The notes below the pieces were generated by a model. It searched no databases and was not told the DNA's origin. It saw only the letters and a list, made by a program, of their open reading frames with translations. Below, in pieces: positions 23,254 to 31,688 of a stretch of DNA of 64,000 nucleotides. The DNA comes from Pseudomonadota bacterium (GTDB lineage: Bacteria; Myxococcota; JACRCW01; JAFGSX01), in assembly GCA_043821645.1 (NCBI GenBank), contig JBDRCO010000087.1, forward strand, positions 256,001 to 320,000, written 5' to 3'. The first letter of the stretch is position 1. Each line of letters begins with the position of its first letter. A program made the position numbers and the translations under genes.

Positions 23254-24386
23254 GGACCATCGTCGCCACCCTGTTGCTTGCGTGGGTTCTCGGCTGTGCC
23301 CAGTCCAAGCCGCGACCTGCACCCGCGGCGCCGCGTTGCATGCGGCTGGACCGCGTGCAGGGCATCACCGTCGAGGTGCCCTGCTCGGGCAGCGACCAGG
23401 ATCAGGACGGGCTCGACGATGCCGCGGACCTGTGCCCCACCGCGCCCGAGAGCGCCAATGGTCAGGACGACCTCGACGGCTGCCCGGACCCCGACGCCGA
23501 TGGGGACCAGCTGCGCGACGACCTCGACGACTGCCCGCACCAGGCCGGGCCTGCGCCCACGGGTTGCCCGATCCTGGATGCCGATCAGGATGGCTTCGTC
23601 GATCACCTCGACTCCTGCCCGCTGGATCCCGAGGACTTCAACGGCATCGAGGATCAGGACGGTTGCCCCGACGGCGCCGACGTGGTGGTGGTGGCGCGCA
23701 ACGACACCCTGTACCTCAAGCAGCCGGTGCACTTCCTCAAGAAGAGCGCGATGCTGCTCCCCGACTCCAAGGATCTCCTGGACCGGGTTGGCACCCAGCT
23801 CAAGCGCCACGAGGATCGCATCGCGCGCATTCGCGTGGTCGGGCACGCCGACAGCCGCGAGGTCAGCGGCAAGAAAGCCGAGGCCCTGTCCCGGACTCGC
23901 GCCCGCATCGTGGCGCGCTATCTCATCTTGCAGGGCATGGACAAGAAGGTGTTCGAGACCGAGGCCCTGGGCAGCAAGAAACCCGCCAGCAAGGGGCGTC
24001 GCCCGCGCGATCGCGAGAAAAACCAGCGGGTCGAGCTGCTGGTGACTCTCAAACCTGCCACCGTGCCCGAGCTGGCCGCCTTGCCCGCACCCGCTGCGGT
24101 CGACGCAGGCGCTGCCGACGCCGTCACGGCCACGGCCGCGACCACCACGACGACGACGACGGGCGGGACAACGACCACCGCATCCACCGGGACGGGTGGT
24201 GCGGATGCGGGTCAGGCAGGCACCGCGACCACGACGACGGCCACCACCACCACCACCGCGACCACGACGACCACCACCACGTCCAGTGCGGCCGAGCCCG
24301 GCGTCCAGCCCTATAGCGAGGAAGAGAACTGGGACGAGGAGTTCCTCGACCAGGATTGGGACGAGAAGTTTCTTCAGAAGGATTGA
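23250..24386 (+). CDS. OmpA-family lipoprotein with TSP3-like DxDxDG repeats and Thr-rich tail
   Basis: Lipobox VLGC; DQDQDG..DLCP repeats; VVGHAD, LSRTRA, NQRVE. Confidence 0.85.
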   Translation: MRTIVATLLLAWVLGCAQSKPRPAPAAPRCMRLDRVQGITVEVPCSGSDQDQDGLDDAADLCPTAPESANGQDDLDGCPDPDADGDQLRDDLDDCPHQAGPAPTGCPILDADQDGFVDHLDSCPLDPEDFNGIEDQDGCPDGADVVVVARNDTLYLKQPVHFLKKSAMLLPDSKDLLDRVGTQLKRHEDRIARIRVVGHADSREVSGKKAEALSRTRARIVARYLILQGMDKKVFETEALGSKKPASKGRRPRDREKNQRVELLVTLKPATVPELAALPAPAAVDAGAADAVTATAATTTTTTTGGTTTTASTGTGGADAGQAGTATTTTATTTTTATTTTTTTSSAAEPGVQPYSEEENWDEEFLDQDWDEKFLQKD

Positions 24387-24467
24387 GTTTCGAGGAGGTT
24401 CGCTGCCTGTCCCCGGGCGCGTTCCTCGACAGACCCGGCTGTCCGAAGAACCCAGGCGGCGGCGTGC

Positions 24468-25751
24468 TTACTTTTTCTTTGCGGGCTTGCCCTTCTTGGC
24501 GCGCAGCTCGGCCGCAGCCTCCTGGATCTCGGTCAAGTCGCGCTGCATCTCGCTCCAGCCGTACCACAGGGCATAGTCCGGGTTGGCGTGGAAGGTGCCC
24601 TGGAAGGCGCGCATGCGGTGCTCGAGGAACATCACGAACAGCGTCTGCTCGATGACTGTGGGCGCGTCGTGGAAGGCCAGCAGGTCCGGGTAGGCGCTGG
24701 CATAGCCCTTGGGCTTGGGCAGCACACCGTCCCGGTACAGGCCCGCGACCTCACGGATGGCCTCGGCCATCAAGTGGTCGACGTGGCGGATCATGTCGTC
24801 GCCCTTTTGCAGCTCACCCTTGGCGAAGTCCGGAGCGTGGCACTGGGCGCAGGTGTTGAGCATCTTGTCGCGGCCGGCCTGCCAGCTCGCCTGGTCCAGG
24901 CGCGCCAGGTCGGCGGCCTTGACCACCTCGAGGCGGCCGGTGGGCTTGCCCGTGGGGTCGAGCACACCCAGCCCCATGAGGATGGTGGCGCGATCCGCCG
25001 CCCATTGCTTGTCCTCGGGCATGGGCAGGCGCACGGCCAAGAAGCCCCAGGGCGCCCGCACCTCGTGATCGCCGCCCTGCATGTGGCAGGTCTGACAGGT
25101 GGGCGCCGCGGTCTCCTTGGGCAGGATGCCGTTCTGCTTGAGCAGGGCGCGCACGCCGTGCTTGCTCCCCGAGTACATCTCCCACTGCGGGTGATCGAAG
25201 CCCATGTGGCAGGTCTGGCAGGCCTGGGGCTGCTGCGCCTCGAGCACCGAGAAGGTGTGGCGGGTGTGGCAGGCATCGCAGGAAGCGGTGCCGAAGCCCG
25301 GGCCCGTCTTCTTGAGTTCGGCGATCTCGGCCTCGCTCTTGAGGCCGATCTTGTGGCAACCGCCACAGCCCTTCATGCCGTCGCTGAGGGCAGCAGGCAG
25401 GCCATGGGTGGTGGGCATGGCCTTCATGGCCGCCCAGGCGACGGCGTGCTTGCCCTTCTTGTACTGGGCCACGCGCTCCTCGTGACACTGGGCACAGGTC
25501 TCGGGAGTGGGGATCTGTGCCTTGCGGGCGTCGTCGGCACTCTTGTGCGCGTCACCGTGGCAACCATCGCAACTCACGCCATTCTTGCTGTGTTTGCTCA
25601 GCTTCCAGTCCCCCACGATGCCTGGCGACTGCTTCTGGTGGCACTGCACGCAGACATCGGCGCTTGCCTTGACTTTCTTCTTGGTGGCGGCGTGTGCCAG
25701 TGGAGACCACAGCAGGGCCGTGGCGACGAGGATGACGACTGTTTTTGGCAT
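24468..25751 (-). CDS. Octaheme cytochrome c, hydroxylamine oxidoreductase (HAO)-like family
   Basis: Signal peptide; 8 CxxCH motifs; CDACHTRHTFS, CHMGFDHPQWEMY..SKHG. Confidence 0.88.
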   Translation of the reverse strand: MPKTVVILVATALLWSPLAHAATKKKVKASADVCVQCHQKQSPGIVGDWKLSKHSKNGVSCDGCHGDAHKSADDARKAQIPTPETCAQCHEERVAQYKKGKHAVAWAAMKAMPTTHGLPAALSDGMKGCGGCHKIGLKSEAEIAELKKTGPGFGTASCDACHTRHTFSVLEAQQPQACQTCHMGFDHPQWEMYSGSKHGVRALLKQNGILPKETAAPTCQTCHMQGGDHEVRAPWGFLAVRLPMPEDKQWAADRATILMGLGVLDPTGKPTGRLEVVKAADLARLDQASWQAGRDKMLNTCAQCHAPDFAKGELQKGDDMIRHVDHLMAEAIREVAGLYRDGVLPKPKGYASAYPDLLAFHDAPTVIEQTLFVMFLEHRMRAFQGTFHANPDYALWYGWSEMQRDLTEIQEAAAELRAKKGKPAKKK

Positions 25752-25843
25752 GTAAATCTCCTCCGGTGTGGGTGTGGATCCGGCGGCGAAAGAGTCCCGT
25801 GCTCTCTGCTCATCCTCAACGGTGAGGCCTGAGCGGAGTTCAC

Positions 25844-25861
25844 CAGTTCTGTGTAGAACTG
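25844..25861. promoter_or_regulatory. Palindromic putative operator
   Basis: CAGTTCT-GTGT-AGAACTG perfect 7-bp inverted repeat. Confidence 0.4.
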
Positions 25862-25863
25862 CC

Positions 25864-25877
25864 TTGATTCAGATCAA
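25864..25877. promoter_or_regulatory. FNR/Crp-family binding site upstream of the octaheme gene
   Basis: TTGAT-TCAG-ATCAA, exact FNR consensus. Confidence 0.75.
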
Positions 25878-25891
25878 GTGTGCGGGAGTCC

Positions 25892-26260
25892 CTAGCGCGC
25901 GCGTCGCGATCTCCGGCGTCGGCGGTGGGTGTCGAGTTCCTCGGGTTTGCGGCCTCCGAGCAGGCGCGGCGCCAGGCGACCCAGGAAATCGTCTGCTGCC
26001 TCGAGGCCGCTGCTGGAGCGGAGCTGGAGCTGGACCACCACACCGGCCACGTCCAGGGCCAGGCCCACGGCCATCAGCACGCCGAACAGGCCCGCATGCT
26101 CCCGCACCGGCATCGCCAGGGCCACAGCCAGGATCACGCACAGCGCACCACCGCCGAGCAAGGTCCAGGATACGACCCGCAACCTCCGTCGCGCGCGCGC
26201 CTGCTGGGCGGCCAGCTCGGCCTCGTAGCGATCGGGATCACCTGCCGCGGAGATCATCAT
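25892..26260 (-). CDS. Hypothetical two-TM membrane protein
   Basis: Two hydrophobic helices; fills the gap between known genes. Confidence 0.5.
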   Translation of the reverse strand: MMISAAGDPDRYEAELAAQQARARRRLRVVSWTLLGGGALCVILAVALAMPVREHAGLFGVLMAVGLALDVAGVVVQLQLRSSSGLEAADDFLGRLAPRLLGGRKPEELDTHRRRRRSRRAR

Positions 26261-26438
26261 GGGGGCACGCTACCCGCTGCCGGGGCCCGGCCGCAAGCGA
26301 GCCTGTCTGCCCGGCCGCATCTTCGCGTTTGACAGGCCCTGTGGGATCCGCTAATTGCACCCTCTTTGTCGGCCCTTGAGAGCCGTACGAGACGTGTGCA
26401 GACCGGACTGAGATCCGGGTGCGATGAGGAACAGATCG

Positions 26439-26699
26439 ATGGCAGCCAAGATCCGTCTGGCGCGCGCTGGCGCAAAAAAGAAGCCCTTTTACCGCATCAT
26501 CGTCACCGACAGCCGCAGCAAGCGGGACGGCGATTTCCTGGAGCAGGTCGGGACCTACGACCCGCGCCCGGTGCCGCCGGCCATCAATCTGAAGGTGGAT
26601 CGGATCAAGCACTGGCTGTCGCACGGCGTGCAGGCTACCGACACCGTCAAGCGCCTGTTCAAGCAGCACGGTCTGGCCGATCCGCCGGCCCAGGCCTGA
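26439..26699 (+). CDS. rpsP: 30S ribosomal protein S16
   Basis: KIRLARAGAKKKPFYRIIVTDSR..RDG. Confidence 0.98.
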   Translation: MAAKIRLARAGAKKKPFYRIIVTDSRSKRDGDFLEQVGTYDPRPVPPAINLKVDRIKHWLSHGVQATDTVKRLFKQHGLADPPAQA

Positions 26700-26881
26700 A
26701 GCGCGTTGCACGGGGGCCCTGCGGGTGAAGCTCGCCGGGCGATGCCGGGGAGGATCCCGTCGCCAGGTCGCGCAGGTCGTGGCCGAGGTCGGGACAGGGG
26801 TACGCGGGGCGCCCGATTCTTCCCGAAAAGCTCCGGGTCTCGCGACAGCGGGTGCATGCTGCTGCGAAAGCCGAGGTCGTC

Positions 26882-27115
26882 ATGAAGGAGCTCATCGAGT
26901 ACATCGCCCGCGCGCTCGTCGACAGCCCCGACGCCGTGGAGGTGAGTGAGCTTGGCGAGGAGCAGGCCAGCATGATCACCCTCAAGGTCGCTCGCGAGGA
27001 CCTGGGCAAGGTCATCGGCAAGAAGGGCCGCACCGCCAAGGCCATGCGCACCATCCTCAGCGCGGCCTCGACCAAGCTGCGCAAGCGATCCAGCCTGGAG
27101 ATCATGGAGCCCTAG
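26882..27115 (+). CDS. khpA: KH-domain RNA-binding protein
   Basis: MKELIEYIARALVD, DLGKVIGKKGRTA; rpsP-rimM synteny. Confidence 0.95.
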   Translation: MKELIEYIARALVDSPDAVEVSELGEEQASMITLKVAREDLGKVIGKKGRTAKAMRTILSAASTKLRKRSSLEIMEP

Positions 27116-27149
27116 CAGTGCCGTCCTGTTCCCGGCGCCCGGCGCGTCC

Positions 27150-27695
27150 GTGACCCCCCCCAGCCCGAGCATTCCGGTGGCGCGTATCGTGCGGGCCCAT
27201 GGCATTCGCGGCGAGATGCGCGTGCTTCTGTACAACCCGGACTCGACCCTGCTGCGCCGAGGCCTGCAGCTCGAGGTCTACGCCCGGGATGGCGCCGTGC
27301 ATGCGCACGTGATCCAGCGCCTGCGCCCCCAGCAGCAAGACCTGCTGCTGACCCTCGACGGCATCGACAGCCGCGACGCGGCCGAGGCCCTGCACGGTGC
27401 CGAGCTGCGTGTGGCGCGTGCCGCCCTGCCGCCCACCGACGACGACGAGTACTACGCCATCGACCTCGTGGGTTGCCGTGTGGTCGATGCCCAGGGCACC
27501 GAGCTGGGTCAGGTGAGCCAGGTCAGTGACAACGGAGCGCAGGACCTGCTGCACGTCGAGGCCAGCGGGGGCGAGTGGCTGCTGCCGCTGGTGGACGCCT
27601 ACGTCGACACCGTGGATCTGGACGCGCGCACCGTACGCGTGAGGCAGGTGGCGGAGCTGATCGCCCTGGGCCAGGCTCCGTCGACCAAGGACTAG
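27150..27695 (+). CDS. rimM: Ribosome maturation factor RimM
   Basis: AHGIRGE, EYYAIDLVGC, GAQDLL. Confidence 0.93.
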   Translation: MTPPSPSIPVARIVRAHGIRGEMRVLLYNPDSTLLRRGLQLEVYARDGAVHAHVIQRLRPQQQDLLLTLDGIDSRDAAEALHGAELRVARAALPPTDDDEYYAIDLVGCRVVDAQGTELGQVSQVSDNGAQDLLHVEASGGEWLLPLVDAYVDTVDLDARTVRVRQVAELIALGQAPSTKD

Positions 27696-27700
27696 GCGCC

Positions 27701-28450
27701 ATGCGCATCGACCTGCTGTCGCTGTTCCCGGACATGTTCGACGCCGTGCTCGATGCGAGCATCCTCGGCCGCGCCCGGCGCGCGGGTCTGGTCGACCTGC
27801 GCTGCACCGACATCCGTCTGTTCACCGACGACAGGCACCATACCGTCGACGACACGCCCTATGGCGGCGGCGCTGGCATGGTGCTCAAGATCGAGCCTGC
27901 GCTCACCGCCATCGAAGCCGTGGTCGGCGACGAGGGAGGGCCTCCCGACGGGCGCGTCATCGCGCTCATGAGTGCCAGCGGCCATCGCTTCGAGCAGGCC
28001 GCGGCGCGCGAGCTCAGTCTGACACGGCATCTGGTGCTGCTGTGCGGGCGCTACGAGGGCGTGGATGCGCGACTTGCGGCCTACGTCGATCGCGAGCTGA
28101 GTATTGGCGACTACGTGCTCACCGGCGGCGAGCTGGCGGCCATGGTCGTGGTCGACGCCGTGGTGCGGCTGTTGCCCGGAGCCCTGGGCAACGACCAGAG
28201 CGCGGTCCACGAGTCCCACACCGGATACAGGCTCGAGCACCCGCACTACACCCGACCGCCCGTGCATCTGGGCGAGGCCGTGCCCGAGGTGCTGCTGTCC
28301 GGCGATCACCGGCGCATCGCCCAGTGGCGACAGGCGCAGTCGCTGCACCGCACCCGCGAAGCTCGCCCGGACCTGCTGCGGGATCATCCCCTGACCAGTG
28401 ACGAGATCGCCCTGCTGTGCGGGCGCGAGCCACGCAGGGGTCGCCGGTGA
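27701..28450 (+). CDS. trmD: tRNA (guanine37-N1) methyltransferase
   Basis: VDDTPYGGGAGM, CGRYEGVD, SIGDYVLTGGE. Confidence 0.97.
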   Translation: MRIDLLSLFPDMFDAVLDASILGRARRAGLVDLRCTDIRLFTDDRHHTVDDTPYGGGAGMVLKIEPALTAIEAVVGDEGGPPDGRVIALMSASGHRFEQAAARELSLTRHLVLLCGRYEGVDARLAAYVDRELSIGDYVLTGGELAAMVVVDAVVRLLPGALGNDQSAVHESHTGYRLEHPHYTRPPVHLGEAVPEVLLSGDHRRIAQWRQAQSLHRTREARPDLLRDHPLTSDEIALLCGREPRRGRR

Positions 28451-29007
28451 CGGTTCCTCGCCTGGCCATCGCCCTGTGCCACTACCCCGTGCTGGACCCC
28501 CGGAATCAGGTGTCCTGCTCGGCGATCACCAACCTCGACGTGCATGACATGGCGCGTTCTGCCACCACCTATGGCGTCGATGCGGCCTACGTGGTCACGC
28601 CGGTGGCCAAGCAGCGCGAGCTGGTCGAGGCCATCCTGCAGCACTGGCTGGGCGGCACCGGTGGCGATCGCTGTCCGGATCGCAGCACCGCCTTCAAGAT
28701 CCTGCACCCCGCGGGCTCCATCGAGGAGGTGCTGGCGCTGGAGGCCGTAGCAGCCGACGGGCAGACCCCGACCGTGGTGGTCACCAGTGCGCGCCACGAC
28801 CCGGCCATCGTCGAGGTGGCCACGCTGCGCGAGCGCCTGCAGCGGGAGTCCGCACTGATCCTGTTCGGCACCGCGCGCGGCCTGGCGCCCTCGGTGCTGG
28901 AGCGCGCCGATCTGCGCCTGGCTCCGCTCGAGGGCACGGGCAGCTACAACCACCTTTCGGTGCGAGCGGCCATCGCCATCTACCTGGACAGGCTGCGCGG
29001 GCGCTGA
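28447..29007 (+). CDS. SPOUT SAM-dependent RNA methyltransferase (trmD-associated family)
   Basis: HYPV, TNLDVHDMAR, FGTARGL, YNHLSVRAA. Confidence 0.88.
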   Translation: MTVPRLAIALCHYPVLDPRNQVSCSAITNLDVHDMARSATTYGVDAAYVVTPVAKQRELVEAILQHWLGGTGGDRCPDRSTAFKILHPAGSIEEVLALEAVAADGQTPTVVVTSARHDPAIVEVATLRERLQRESALILFGTARGLAPSVLERADLRLAPLEGTGSYNHLSVRAAIAIYLDRLRGR

Positions 29008-29108
29008 ACCTGCGCGGCAGCTTTCTGGAGAGCCTGCCTCACCCATGTTAGCGTGATGACGCGACCCTTCGTGCGTCGACGGAGCCTGCGCTCCGGACGC
29101 CGGGAGCA

Positions 29109-30773
29109 GTGGTGACGGCACAGCGATCACGAGCCCTGGAACTGGCGGCGGTGGGCCTGGGGCAGGCCGGTGGCAACCTGGCGTCGGAGTTCTGGCGCCT
29201 GGGCTACCGCGCTGTGGCCCTCAACACCGCGCGGGTGGACCTGCGCTCCCTGGACCAGGCCGAGAGCACGATCCCGTCGACCCAGCGCCTGTACATCGGC
29301 CTCGACGATCTGGACGGTGCGGGTAAGGATCCGGCATACGGTCGAGCCTGCGTCGAGGAGCATGCCGACGCCATCCGCGAGCTGGTCAAGCGCGAGCTGG
29401 ATAACTGCGACGCGGTCTTCCTGTGCGCCGGCCTGGGCGGAGGCACAGGGTCCTGCCTCGCCGAGCTGTGCCAGGTGCTGGCGCCCCTGGAGTTCCCCCT
29501 GGCGGCCCTGTGTACCCTGCCCAGCCAGGCCGAGAGTGGCATCGTCAAGGTCAACGCGGTGCGCGCGGCGAGCAGCCTGGTCGAGCTGCCCCTGCTGGCG
29601 CGGATCGTCGTCGACAACCAGCGCATCGTCGAGGCCCATGGTGAACTCGACCTGATGAACTACTATCCGCAGATCAACCGCGACATCGTGGCGCCGCTGC
29701 ACGAGCTCAACCAGCTCAACAGCATCGAGGATCTGCACAGCCTGCGTTCCTTTGACGGCGAGGACCTGCGCAAGGTGCTGCTGTCCGGCGGCGTGGTGGT
29801 CGTGGGCAGCGAGATACTGGACATGAGCGGCCCGCCCATCACCGCCCAGGAGATGGAGCGCAGCGTGCGTCGGCTCCTCGACGGTGGCACCCTGCTGGCC
29901 GTGGGCCTGCCCCTGGACAAGGTGGCTTACCTGGGTGTGGTGCTGCTGGCGCCCGAGCGCTTTCTCAAGCAGACCCCGGCCCGGGACCTCGAGGAACTCA
30001 GCGAGCAGCTCAAGCAGCAGACCGGCGGCGGCGCCGTGTACCCCGGCCTGTACGTGTCCGAGGCCGAGAAACCCGTGTTGCACCTCGTGGCGGGCAGCCT
30101 GACCCTACCCGAGCGCGTGCGCAGCCTGCTCGTGACGGCCAAGGCCGAGGGCCATCTGCTGGCCGACAAGATTCGCGAAGAGATCCCCCCTCTAGATGTG
30201 GGAGATCTATCAAAAATACAATTATATCGAGTACCTCCACCGAAGCGTCGAGGTTCAGTGCCGCCTGCCAGCGGGCCCGTGCGCTCGACTCCAGCACGTC
30301 CGGCTCGAGGTGCTGCGGCCAAGCCCAGGCTCGAGGATCTTTCTCCCGTGCTGTCGGCACGGGTGGAGTTGCCGGTCGCGGATCTGGAAGAGATCCTGGA
30401 CGCGCCACCCCACACGATGGAGTCAGCCGAGCCCGCTCCGGCGCCCCCCAAGCGCGAGGTCACCCACGTCGGGGCCGAGCCCAAGCGGCCCAGCAGCGAC
30501 GAGCCGCCCGACGACCTGCAGGCCTACTACGGTGAACTCATTGACCGTTTTCGGGGGGCCCCGGGCCGCAAGGAGCGCGAGGAGGTGGCGCGGCGATTGA
30601 TCCGCGACGCCCGCTCCGTGGATGTCGACGTGCGCGCTCACGCAGTGTGGGCCATGGTCAGCCTGGGTGGCCGTGGCTTCAAAGCAGCGCTGCAGCAGGC
30701 GGTCCAGGACGAGGACGAGGAGGTCCGCAACCTGGCCCAGGACGGTCTGCGCCGACTGGGGAACGCGAGCTGA
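29109..30773 (+). CDS. Divergent tubulin/FtsZ-family GTPase (TubZ-like) with Pro-rich linker and C-terminal HEAT-like repeats
   Basis: GLGQAGGN, LNT, GAGKDP, GLGGGTGS, VVDN, SFDGEDL; tail DVRAHAVWAM..DEDEEVRNLA. Confidence 0.85.
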   Translation: MVTAQRSRALELAAVGLGQAGGNLASEFWRLGYRAVALNTARVDLRSLDQAESTIPSTQRLYIGLDDLDGAGKDPAYGRACVEEHADAIRELVKRELDNCDAVFLCAGLGGGTGSCLAELCQVLAPLEFPLAALCTLPSQAESGIVKVNAVRAASSLVELPLLARIVVDNQRIVEAHGELDLMNYYPQINRDIVAPLHELNQLNSIEDLHSLRSFDGEDLRKVLLSGGVVVVGSEILDMSGPPITAQEMERSVRRLLDGGTLLAVGLPLDKVAYLGVVLLAPERFLKQTPARDLEELSEQLKQQTGGGAVYPGLYVSEAEKPVLHLVAGSLTLPERVRSLLVTAKAEGHLLADKIREEIPPLDVGDLSKIQLYRVPPPKRRGSVPPASGPVRSTPARPARGAAAKPRLEDLSPVLSARVELPVADLEEILDAPPHTMESAEPAPAPPKREVTHVGAEPKRPSSDEPPDDLQAYYGELIDRFRGAPGRKEREEVARRLIRDARSVDVDVRAHAVWAMVSLGGRGFKAALQQAVQDEDEEVRNLAQDGLRRLGNAS

Positions 30774-30780
30774 TCTTCTC

Positions 30781-30896
30781 AGGGCGGTCGGCCCGCCCCT
30801 GTGCTGGCCGGCACGGGTCCGGCCAGCATTCACCGTGGCAGCAACGGCGTTGCCCCCGGGTGGCAAAAAGGTCCGGTCGGCATTCACCCTGGCAGC
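30781..30896 (+). repeat. Two-hairpin intergenic repeat, one full and one partial copy
   Basis: gggcgg-TCGGC-ccgccc, tgctggccgg..ccggccagca, TTCACCGTGGCAGCA; second CATTCACCCTGGCAGC. Confidence 0.7.
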
Positions 30897-30971
30897 CGAG
30901 ACCTCCACTCTCCTTGACAAAGCCGGATGCTTTTGCTGTGTTGCGCCCTTCCGCGATCCCGGGAGATGCAG

Positions 30972-31337
30972 ATGAACGTCGTCGACAAGATCACCCAGAG
31001 CCATTCCCGCACTGATCACCCGGCTTTCCGCACCGGTGATACCCTGCGCGTCCACTTCAAGATTCGCGAAGGCGACAAGGAGCGCGTGCAGGTCTTCGAG
31101 GGCGTCTGCATCGGCCGTCGTGGCCGTTCCGGCGTCGAGAGTATCACGGTCCGCAAGACCTCCTTTGGTGTGGGCGTCGAGCGCATCTTCCCCCTGGCCA
31201 GCCCCCGCATCGACAAGATCGAGGTCGCGGCTCGCGGTATCGTGTGCCGCGCCAAGCTGTACTACCTGCGCGGCCGTACCGGCAAGGCGGCCCGCATCCG
31301 CGAGCGCATCCAGGCCCGGCCCGTCAAGGGCGCCTGA
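30972..31337 (+). CDS. rplS: 50S ribosomal protein L19
   Basis: [33 protein letters not shown]. Confidence 0.98.
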   Translation: MNVVDKITQSHSRTDHPAFRTGDTLRVHFKIREGDKERVQVFEGVCIGRRGRSGVESITVRKTSFGVGVERIFPLASPRIDKIEVAARGIVCRAKLYYLRGRTGKAARIRERIQARPVKGA

Positions 31338-31423
31338 GCCCTCATCCTCCCTCGCCCTGTCCCATCCGGCCTCTCCAGAAGAAGCGCTGTGCGCAGATCT
31401 CGAGCTGTGCCTGCCGATGATCG

Positions 31424-31452
31424 TTGACACATGCGCGCCTCGGCACTAAGAC
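31424..31452 (+). promoter_or_regulatory. Putative sigma70 promoter for gdhA
   Basis: TTGACA-N17-TAAGAC. Confidence 0.5.
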
Positions 31453-31688
31453 CCTGGACCGTCGCTGACGTCGACGAGCGCGTGCGCGCGCCTCGTCGGA
31501 GCCCAGATGGCGCTGCGTCCGACAATCGGCCCGGCTGCACCTCCCTCGCATTCGCGTCACTGTGTCCCGTGGCTGTTCGCGTCGTTCAGGGCGCCCGGCC
31601 CTGGGGGGACCACCTCAACCTGGGGCACCGGCGGTAACCACGCCGGCCCCCGCGCGGCGCGCTGACACGGTCGGTCGTCGCTCCAAGG

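Noticed and set aside
26700-26881. ncRNA or small ORF between rpsP and khpA
   Set aside because: No recognisable motif, RBS or convincing structure
30205-30232. AT-rich patch as a dif (XerCD) site
   Set aside because: Only partial match (ttatatcgagt versus TTATGTTAAAT; left arm lacks ATAA) and it lies inside a CDS
29109-30773. Annotating the gene as ftsZ
   Set aside because: T1 and T7 loops and C-terminus differ from FtsZ; no division cluster context
31580-31650. Glutamine riboswitch before gdhA (CGTTCA start)
   Set aside because: No closing P1 strand or other conserved core residues found
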